Shown: positions 19,486-28,383 of the stretch, piece by piece
Numbering within the stretch: the first letter of the stretch is position 1
How the letters are laid out: every line of letters begins with the position of its first letter
Source of the DNA: Paramicrosporidium saccamoebae KSL3
Taxonomy: Eukaryota > Fungi > Cryptomycota
DNA length: 32,000 bases
Assembly: GCA_002794465.1 (NCBI GenBank)
Contig: MTSL01000178.1
Location: 54,025-86,024, forward strand
Reading direction: 5' to 3'
Translations under genes and position numbers: made by a program
Notes under the pieces: model-generated
Seen by the model: the letters and a program-made list of their open reading frames with translations, nothing else
Databases searched by the model: none
Told to the model about the DNA's origin: nothing

Positions 19486-20596
19486 CTATTTATGTTTCAC
19501 GATGGGAGGGATCCTACGAATAGCCTTTACCTCGGCAATCTCGGCCCAATCTTTGGTTAGAGTAAAGATGGTTGCCTCACAATCAAGCTCATTAATCTCT
19601 GTTAAGACGCGATCATGCTCGACTTTCATCTTGTCTCTGCGAAGCTGGGCCTTATTGGCAGTTTCCTGGAGAGCCTCCAACTCTTCACGTGCCACCTCCT
19701 ACAACGTTATAACGACAAAATAATGTACAATCTCGCCAATGAGCGCCTCAGTCTCCTTGGCTTGGTGTGTGTCGCTTTCTTGCCTCAAAGTACAAATGCG
19801 TTTTAAGAGATTCTGACGTACGTGGATCCGGTGGGATGACATTTCCAGTTCATCTGCCAAGTCGTAAAAAGAATCTAGACAAATAAATAAGCGGCTCACT
19901 TGGTCAGTACCATTTACTAGATCCAACAGATCCTCTCCCGGCTGCCGCGGCGCCTGGTTTTGTGCAGGGACTGCAGAGACTTTTCGTATTGTGACTTGTT
20001 TAGGTCCAGCCGTTGAACCAAAGCCCTGTAGACCAGGAGGTTGCATCGGAGACCTAATTGGAGGCCTTGCCATGGCGGCCTGCACACGTAAGTCAGGATA
20101 TGCCAAATTTGGAGCTTTTGCGGCAACCGGAGGTGCCACAAGCGATTCTCGCGTCAAATAATGTACAAAAATTAGGCGATTATTGGGCAGCATCAAGCGG
20201 TATTCCAATCTTACAAGATTTGGAGGCCCAGCGGACTCGAAGCGGGCGATTTCCAAGGTCTACGATAAGAGAGACAACGGTCTATATTACTTGATTGCCA
20301 AAGATTTTGTTTGATACGTCCGGCAGCTTCTTCCATTGATAGCCATCTGGCGCTCGAAAAGAATTATTTTCAGGACGAACAAGCAGAAAGCACTCTCCGT
20401 TCTTTGGGTGTTTCAAGATGACCCAGTGGAAACTCATTCGAGAAATGGCCTCACGGGCTTTGTTCAGAAGCATGACTACGCGGTCCATTCCAAGGGGTTG
20501 CGTAATGATAGGATAACGTATACTGGCCATGTAGTGCAGCTCGTTCTGCGCCATGCCTGGTATAGGACGCACCGCCGAATTGGTGGGAAATGCCAT
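19486..20596 (-). CDS. SSR4: SWI/SNF-RSC subunit Ssr4-like (DUF1750) protein
   Basis: Introns 20260-20290, 19875-19910 (in frame, inferred) and 19699-19728; about 337 aa. HYMASIRYP, HPKNGECFLL, DGYQW and YRL...LIFVHY resemble the Ssr4 N-terminal domain, followed by a Pro/Ala/Gln linker and a C-terminal coiled coil. Confidence 0.65.
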
Positions 20597-20830
20597 GGCG
20601 CAATGTACAATGTGACAATTCTTGCAGCTCGCGTAGAGGGCACAAGGCTACGAAAAAGAAACGAAAATTAAATTGTATCAAAGTGCAGAGCCGTTTGATT
20701 GGCTCCTTTCACCACAAAAGTTTTACCCGTGGCACCGGGCCTCGTCCACAGACACAGACAACTGCTCTCATAACGGCACAACCTCGGTAGCTTTCCTCTT
20801 CCAAGTGTTTTGATTGTTGAAGAAATAGAA

Positions 20831-21434
20831 ATGGCTGATTCTCTCAAGTATTGCCCAATCTATGCCCCCGTGCTTGGTTCCATCGGTATTGCCTCAGCCA
20901 TCATCTTTTCCTGTAAGGCGCTGACAGAGTTGCTTATATTCTAGCTCTTGGTGCTGCTTACGGCACTGCCAAGGCAGGACTGGGCATTATTAATGTCAGT
21001 ATTACCCGTCCTGACTTGATGATGCGTTCTGCGATGCCTGTCATTATGGCCGGTATCCTCGCTCTCTACGGAGTGGTAGTTGACGCTATTATTCTCACCT
21101 CAAGTAAGCTTTGGCCTGTTTTGTTCTGATTTTTGCTAGTGGACCGCAGCACATATTCCCTCTATACGTAGTCCTGTTGGGTGGATGTAATAACTGTAGT
21201 GGTGCTATGCATCTTGGCAGTGGTCTTCTTGTGGGATTCAGTGGTTTGGCTGCGGGTATTGCGATTGGAATCGTTGGTGATGCTGGTGTACGAGGAGTGG
21301 CTCAACAGCCGCGTGTATTCGTGGGAATGGTGCTCATTCTAATTTTCGCCGAGGTGCTTGGTATTTATGGCTTTTTCCTGGGCATTATGATGTCCCACGT
21401 AGGAACCAAAGGTATGGGCTGTAGCAATGCGTAA
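20831..21434 (+). CDS. VMA3: V-ATPase proteolipid subunit c
   Basis: Exons 20831-20912, 20945-21103, 21140-21167 and 21200-21434; 167 aa. [38 protein letters not shown] and FAEVLGIYG with the proton-carrying Glu. The Vma11 paralog is not fully excluded. Confidence 0.93.
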
Positions 21435-21522
21435 AACAGTGCCGCAATAAACGGAACATTTAAGCGCGCGCATCACTTATAAACAATTCTGGGGCGTCCC
21501 GGCTGGGATTCGTCGCCGGCTC

Positions 21523-23760
21523 ATGGACGGCTCCCGGGTCCATATTATGGAGGCGCGTCTTCCTGGTGGCGTTCCTTCGTTCCAAATTATAACTGAAAAT
21601 GAGCAGCGGATATCGCCCCCTTCCAGTCCGAATGCTCGCTCGCCTTTTCTAGAGGAAGTCTTTCCTTGCGAATGCCGTTTCGTCGACAGTTGGCCGTACT
21701 GCCTTTGCGTTGACCTGTGTAGACGCGAATGATCCGGAAGCCCAAGCGTGTGGAGAGCGTTCTAATTGTATTAATAGAACGCTATCGATTGAGTGTAATG
21801 CCGACGATTGTCCGTGTCGGGATAATTGCCGAAACCAAAGGTACGTCCAATGGAACTCTTGGTCATTCTGGCAGATTTCAAAAACACCAATTCGCCGACG
21901 TGGAAGTATTTGAGACGCCAGGAAAAGGCTTTGGTCTTCGCACTAGACAGGACCTGGAAGCGTGAGACTAGGCGTCTGACTTGTACTAAGTTGTAGGGGC
22001 CAATTTATCATTGAATATGTCGGCGAAATTTTGAACCAAGAACAGTTTGAGGAGCGCTCCGATATTTACACCGACCGAGGCCAGCGTCATTACTACTTTA
22101 TGACCCTGCGAAATGATCAAGTACACCTCTTCGGCGTGTAATTGATTGATTTTAGGTGATTGACGCCACCAAGAAGGGAAATCTTTCAAGATTTATGAAT
22201 CATAGCTGCAACCCTAATTGTGCTACACAGAAATGGATTGTTTCTGGTAGATTGAGGATTGGATTGTTCACTCTTCGTCGCATCAAAGCCAACACCGAGT
22301 TGACCTTTGATTACAAATTCATCCGATTTGGTGCATCAGCGCAGAAATGTCTGTGTGGCGAAGAAAACTGCAAAGGAGTGATAGGAGAGGAACAGAAAGA
22401 GTCACGTCCAGTAGCAGTTAAGAAGCCCACCTCACAGCAGGAAGAGGATGATGCCAACATGGCACTAGAACGTTTCACTGGTGAGCTGGGTGTTGAAAAC
22501 TCGGAAGACATGGCCCTGCTGGCGAGATTGCTGTTGAGGACTGAAGACTTGGAGGCAGTCAATCCTCTCATCTGGACGCTAACATTAACTGAAGATCCGG
22601 TTTTGCTGAAAAGATTTGTTTCACTTCACGGACTACAGATTATCAACGTTTTGCTAGGATCCCATTGGAGAGATCCAAAGATTGTATCGGCAATGGTTTT
22701 AATTCTCTCCAAGCTTCCCGTGGCTAGTCGAAACTCTCTCGAAGATGCCCACATTGAGGACAAAATTGCACGGCTAATCCAACGGGAAGATTTGTCTAAG
22801 GAGACTATTGAAGCGGCCAAAAATCTAGTTGAAAAGTGGGCTTTACTTGAGCACGTTTTTAGAATCCCAAAAGTGGCTGTTGAAGAGCCAAAGGCTGCAC
22901 CCGCGATCCCAGTTGCCGGATACTCTCTATTAGAAGACGGCGCCCGCTTCAAAAAATCGAAATGGACAGGGACGGCGGCTGCGAGTGAAAGAACTGCAAG
23001 CCTGCCGCTCGGTTCCTACAACCCAGTGGGCTGGAGAAAGGCACGAGCTCCTGACGGCCGCACATATTATTATCATGAGCAGACAAGGGAAACGAGATGG
23101 GATCCACCAGCTGGTCATCAGACAAGGGAAGCAAGATGGGATCCACCGGCTGGTCATCAGTCAACCTTTGACGGTACGCACGCAAGGGAGAATCATTCTT
23201 ACGAAAAGCGCGACCATCGTGAGTATGATAAAGAACGGCATGGTAGCAAGAACGTTGATCCCAAGCCTTTAGATCAAGAAGTGCGACTTCGAGAAATAAT
23301 CGAGCGAGCAAAGAGCGCTGCACTGTCTAGAAACTCCCTCGCAGTTGATCTTGGCAATGGCAAGACTGTGAACGGAGACTGTACCTCTGGAGACAATTTG
23401 CGTTGGCGTCAATTTGAGAACCAGCTTTGCGAGCAAATCTCTCATATAGTTGTAAAGTACATGAGTCGATGGTGCCGAGACCAGATTCTTTCTCCAGGTG
23501 TTTTTAAAGAGACAGCCCGTAAGCTCACTCATCGGATTACTGAAAAGGAACTGCGTGCGTTAAAGAAAGAGTACAATCTGCCTCCTTCAGACATGAGCGA
23601 AAGTGAGTTGATATCCGGCCAAAAGAAGGCCAAGATAAAGACGTATCTTGCGCAATACCTGAGAGACCATGGCTATCGGGTTGAGGAGGATTCCACTTCC
23701 CTTGTGGCTTTGAGTTCGACTTCAAGCACGAAAAGTTCATCTGTTGCTCCGCCGAGCTAA
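21523..23760 (+). CDS. SET2: Histone H3K36 methyltransferase Set2
   Basis: Introns 21689-21722, 21841-21874, 21962-21996 and 22121-22155; 699 aa. AWS cysteines, [23 protein letters not shown], post-[13 protein letters not shown] domain and SRI-like C-terminus. Confidence 0.95.
23080..23160 (+). repeat. 39-nt coding tandem duplication at the end of the SET2 WW domain
   Basis: cagacaagggaaacgagatgggatccaccagctggtcat (23080-23118) followed by cagacaagggaagcaagatgggatccaccggctggtcat (23119-23157): [13 protein letters not shown] / [13 protein letters not shown]. Confidence 0.95.
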
Positions 23761-23856
23761 TTTCTTGTTTTAGATAGTTGTAGTTTATTATTGAATTATT
23801 TCACATTATCTGATCTACACAACTAATAGGGGGCGATAATTTTTCGGGTAAAAGCA

Positions 23857-25849
23857 CTATTCCTTGGGGTCTGTAGATGCTTTGGCCAAATTGCGTTGCT
23901 AGACTCATGAGTGCACAGTCTTATACAATATATACCTGTAGCATCAGCAAGAGAGCACTCATTTGTGCCATCAAAGTATTCCCGGGTGACGATGACTCTT
24001 CAATGGTAGACTTTCCACCCTGTTGGCAATTGTTTTTGATGGCCGACGTGCTATTTTGGGCATTAGTATAGGGAGTGGCAAGATTTTCCTTTTCCTCAAA
24101 TACAGTACAGTGACCAGTCATTTGTGGAACTTGATCTACAACGCGTGGGTTTGCCGAACCGGGCATCACAACGTGTTGTTCTTGGGATGCCGAATCCAGT
24201 AAAGACGGTGTCTTTTCCCTATTAATTTCGCCAGGAGCAGCATCACCGGGATATCTCTCAACGCGGCGGATGTCTTTACTAGGTGGAGATTTGGACCTAC
24301 TTCTTAGAGTCAAAAGTTCCGTATCAGGACTCGACTTTTTATCCCCGAATCGTTGAATCCCAGAGCTTAATCGCCGGTCGTGGAGCTCCTCGGCGGCTGG
24401 ACTCGGCCTCTTTTCATAAAATCGCTCTACACCAGGACTTGGCTTGTTCCCATAAGACTTTTCTTTTCTTTCTAGATCAGCTCGGATTTGATTGGGAATC
24501 GCTCGCATGTCGCGAGGATAATCCCAAGAAAATCTAATGGAGAGCTTACCACCTTTAAAAGAGTTTCCGTTCAACGACACGTATGCAGATTGGCAGTCTC
24601 GTTCATCGAAGAATTCCACAAATTTTTTGTTTGATATCCGATGAAAATCACGCACACCCTTGATGTCGCCGTGCTTTCCAAACAGCCTCTTAACGTCGGC
24701 ATTGGTGTAGGGATAAGTTGTGTTTTGAATGCAAACAATAAGGGTGCCTTGGTGCTTATCTTCAGAGCAGGGCCCGCTCACTTCATCCTTCCATCTTGGT
24801 AGAGAAAAATGCAAATCCCACTACAACATCAATCTCAATCAAGTGGCAATAGAACCTTTCTTCCCATCATAGCAAAGCCCTGGAGTTCCTCCTTGGCCCG
24901 TTCGGCGTGTCTTAGATCGAACTAGAAATCAGCGTCAAAAACTATATGATACATAGGAGACGAATACGAACCCTTTATCTTCAATGTGCTCATCATGGAG
25001 AACACGGATTGCTCCATATTTCTCGAGCACTCGGGATACTTGGGATTTTTCAGCATGCGCAGACACATTTCTAATAAAAAGCGTTCGACATGGAAGCTCT
25101 CTCTTGGCCCGTGACTTTATGAAATCCTGCTCTACCAAAGAGTTCCCGTCTTCTTTCTTGGTTGCATTGCCACATTGTTGAACATGTCGGGTTGAAGGAG
25201 ACTCGGAAACGTACTCGATCACTTGGGAGCTGCGACGAGAAGACGGAGAATCCTTGCGGGTTTGCTCCTCTCTCTCCAGTAAGATATGAGATTGAGGGGT
25301 ATGATACAAGAGCCCATGGTAGGCGTACACCGGTGCCGGCACTGGAGTAGAAAGAGGTGTCTGTGGGTGCATCGATGACTGATAGTTTGGATCATAAGCC
25401 CCCAGTTGTTCGTTGTAGAATCCACCTCGGCCATAATCAGGTGGGTGGTTTGTGTAGTGTGGATGAGCAGGAGCCGAAGGGTAGGCTGGCGGATAGCCAG
25501 CGGGAACAAAGTAGCGGTCATCATACCTCTCCACATCATATTCTGCACGTATGGATGCTGGTCCTCGGGGATCTTCGTGGTATCCTCGGTGATGCGCTCC
25601 GTAATTGTCAAATCCGGAGAATGCACCTCCTGGGTAGCAAGGTCCGGCTGGGGGACCTCCGTAGTAGAGCCCCGCTCTAGAACGCTCTTCTCGATGATAG
25701 TAATTGCCATAAGGGTCGCCCACATACTCCTGAGATGGGTGGCGAGGCACTTGCCGAGGATAATATCCCGTCTGATAAAGGTCGTCTTGGCTGCCGTAGG
25801 GACGTTGCATTTGCGAGGCTTTACGCTCCCAGGGTGACTTGGGAATCAT
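23857..25849 (-). CDS. Mei2-like RNA-binding protein with two RRMs and a Tyr/Gly/Pro-rich N-terminus
   Basis: Introns 24922-24952, 24821-24855 and 23899-23935; 629 aa. PCRTLFIRNV, GFVFVSYFDLRHAERAKEELQG, DLHFSLPR, HQGTL and KFVEFFDER match the Mei2-like RRM1/RRM2 pattern. Confidence 0.8.
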
Positions 25850-25894
25850 GCGCTACCGATGGCTATATGCCTTTATAAGCTTTTACATGTATTA

Positions 25895-26170
25895 TTACAA
25901 CAAATCTGATGAGTCTTCTTGATTGATAATAGCAGGCTTTAGCTGCGTTAGTTGCACCCGGGCAATGCTGAGATCATTTTTAAGAGCAATAATCCCCGAA
26001 TTCATGCATTTTGCCCTTTCTTGTGACGTTGTGATTCTTTCTATTAATTTTTCCGACCCAATTGCAGGCTGCTTCACAGAACTTTCTTGAAGTGGCATGG
26101 CTACAGGAGAGTCAAAGACATCCAGAACCACTTGGCCAATGGTCAAGAGTGGTGCAGGCTTTGACGTCAT
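25895..26170 (-). CDS. Small orphan protein (91 aa), possibly coiled-coil
   Basis: ATG-started ORF filling most of the gap between two assigned genes; heptad-like EKLIERITTSQERAKCMNSGIIALKNDLSIARVQLTQL. No homology recognised. Confidence 0.45.
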   Translation of the reverse strand: MTSKPAPLLTIGQVVLDVFDSPVAMPLQESSVKQPAIGSEKLIERITTSQERAKCMNSGIIALKNDLSIARVQLTQLKPAIINQEDSSDLL

Positions 26171-26203
26171 ATTTACAGGTCGGCCAGGGACAAGCGTGAA
26201 TTA

Positions 26204-27505
26204 ATGAGTGATGCACGGAACGACAACTCGGAGAGGCTGGGGAATGACGCGGATAGCATTGCTGGGAAAGCGTCCCAGATAATGAAGCTCATGGAACAAC
26301 TGTCGCGTATGAAAGCCACAGAAGAACCAACCGAAACGGCCCGAGAACACAAATTCTGGACTACACAGCCGGTGTTAAAGTCAACTGCTTCGCTCAAAGA
26401 TATCCAGGATGGACCGATCGAGCCTTTGAAACAGATAGAAAGTGTTCGGGCAGAACCATATCTTCTCCCTGCAGAATTCCAATGGTGCAGTGTCAATGTC
26501 CATGATCCAGTGCAACGGGACGAGCTGTACCAACTTTTGAATTTGAACTATGTCGAGGATGTAGAGTCGCTGTTTCGATTTGACTACCCCCCACAATTCC
26601 TTGAATGGGCACTGAGGGCCCCAGGATGGCGTCCTGAGTGGCAAATTGGCGTTCGTGTCGCTGAAACTGGTAAGCTGGTTGCTTTTATTAGTGCGGTGCC
26701 GACTGCCCTGAGTATTAGATCCTGGGACGTACCGTCGGTGGAGGTGAATTTTTTGTGTGTTCACAAAAAGCTACGGTCAAAGAGATTGGCCCCACTTTTG
26801 ATTAGAGAAATTACGCGCCGTGTCAACTTGGAGGGCATCTTCCAAGCCCTCTATACTGCTGGTGCAGTTCTTCCAGGAGTCCTCTGCAAGGCTCAATACC
26901 ATCATCGTCCACTCAACTATAAAAAACTGGTAGAAGTGGGATTTACAGCCGTTCCACTGGGAAAGTCCATAGACCAGATGATAATGCGGCATCACCTTGC
27001 CAGAGAACATCAGCTCGGAGACTCCATCAGGCCCATGAGCCTTGCCGATGTACCAATGGTCACAACGCTGTTATCCAAATATCTTCAGAAGTTCCCCTTG
27101 CATCCGAAATTTGCTGAACATGAGGTTGCCCACTGGTTAGTGCCTCGAGAAAAGGTAATCTACTCCTATGTCGTCGAAAATTCGGGAGAAATCACAGACT
27201 TTGTTAGTTTCTACTCGCTACCCTCTACAGTTGTGGATAACCCTCTTCATGATCGCATTAATGTCGCCTATCTTTTCTATTATGCAACAAGCTCTTCTGA
27301 ACGACTCGTCAAAATCGTACATGCCGCATTGGTGATCGCCAAGGAACTAGACTTTGACGTCTTCAATTGCGTTGAAATTATGGACAATTCGCATTTTCTG
27401 AAAGACTTAAAGTTTGGCGGAGGCGATGGATGCCTGAATTACTACCTTTATAATTGGCAGACCCGACCTTTTAAGACACAAGATGTCTCGATTGTCATGC
27501 TCTAA
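26204..27505 (+). CDS. NMT1: Glycylpeptide N-myristoyltransferase
   Basis: HKFWTTQPV, LNYVEDVESLFRFDY, VNFLCVHKKLRSKRLAPLLIREITRRVN, ALYTAG, FGGGDGCLNYYLYNW; intronless. Confidence 0.98.
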   Translation: MSDARNDNSERLGNDADSIAGKASQIMKLMEQLSRMKATEEPTETAREHKFWTTQPVLKSTASLKDIQDGPIEPLKQIESVRAEPYLLPAEFQWCSVNVHDPVQRDELYQLLNLNYVEDVESLFRFDYPPQFLEWALRAPGWRPEWQIGVRVAETGKLVAFISAVPTALSIRSWDVPSVEVNFLCVHKKLRSKRLAPLLIREITRRVNLEGIFQALYTAGAVLPGVLCKAQYHHRPLNYKKLVEVGFTAVPLGKSIDQMIMRHHLAREHQLGDSIRPMSLADVPMVTTLLSKYLQKFPLHPKFAEHEVAHWLVPREKVIYSYVVENSGEITDFVSFYSLPSTVVDNPLHDRINVAYLFYYATSSSERLVKIVHAALVIAKELDFDVFNCVEIMDNSHFLKDLKFGGGDGCLNYYLYNWQTRPFKTQDVSIVML

Positions 27506-27564
27506 CAATATAAACACAAGTTCGAGATATAAAGTCGGTTTTCGTTAAAGAGTTACTCCGTCAC

Positions 27565-28383
27565 ATGGCAGATGATTGCACGCTACTGGATGGCTACGCG
27601 CTCTTCATCCAGTGCATTGTCGGTGTGTTGGCAGTTTCCAGTTTGTTTTTCAAGAGGCACATTGAACGGCCTCAAAGACCATGGATAGTCTGGTTTTTTG
27701 ACACCTCCAAACAGCTCTTGGCGGCTGGCGCCATGCACTTGGTCAATGTCTTGGCTGCGACCATTAGTGGAGAGAGCCAGCAGCGTCCAACAAACGAAGA
27801 CGCGTGTGTTTGGTATCTCACTTGGCTATTAGTCGATGCTACACTTTTATTGTTTCTAATGTCGGCGCTCTTGAAGATATTGCATGGCTTCGTTGAGCAA
27901 CGCAACATTGTCACACTGAGACATGGAGAGTATGGTGACCCTCCCAGATGGTCCATTTGGACCTTGCAGCTGTCAATTTATGCTCTGATTCTTTTCTCTG
28001 CAAAAGCAATCTGCCTTTACATTCTTTATCGGCATTCAGGCGTCTTTGTTAGTATTGCAAGATATATCCTGTATCCATTAGAAGGGCATCGGAGGCTAAA
28101 GTTGTTCACTGTGATGCTTATTGTGCCGCTAATTATCATGATATTCCAATATTGGCTTCTGGATAGTCTTATTATGGCCAACTGGCAACGAAGCACCTCG
28201 ACCGACTGGCAGTCCGTAGCAACAGAAAGTACTGAGGATGACTTAAGCAGATCTAATTCTATTCTAACAAAACGCTATGAAAAACAAATGGCCCGAGACT
28301 TGACGGAAAATCAGGGCGTCATACTGGACTACTTGCCGCGAGAGGCCCATTTCCATGCAGGCTCCTCACAAGAGGAATCCTAA
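27565..28383 (+). CDS. STIMATE/TMEM110 (yeast YPL162C, vacuolar membrane protein) family multi-pass protein
   Basis: CTLLDGYALFIQ, KRHIERPQRPWIVWFFDTSKQ, ACVWY, GEYGDPPRW, MLIVPLIIMIFQYWLLDSLI; five or more TM segments. Confidence 0.85.
   Translation: MADDCTLLDGYALFIQCIVGVLAVSSLFFKRHIERPQRPWIVWFFDTSKQLLAAGAMHLVNVLAATISGESQQRPTNEDACVWYLTWLLVDATLLLFLMSALLKILHGFVEQRNIVTLRHGEYGDPPRWSIWTLQLSIYALILFSAKAICLYILYRHSGVFVSIARYILYPLEGHRRLKLFTVMLIVPLIIMIFQYWLLDSLIMANWQRSTSTDWQSVATESTEDDLSRSNSILTKRYEKQMARDLTENQGVILDYLPREAHFHAGSSQEES

Noticed and set aside
227-21434. Functional clustering of two V-ATPase genes (VMA6, VMA3) or of chromatin genes (ARP4, SSR4, SET2)
   Set aside because: They are many kb apart and interspersed with unrelated housekeeping genes, which is compatible with chance in a small genome enriched for core functions.
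25219-25837. Overlapping 168-aa, 143-aa and 107-aa ORFs in other frames
   Set aside because: Alternate-frame products of the low-complexity N-terminal region of the Mei2-like gene, with no independent motifs.
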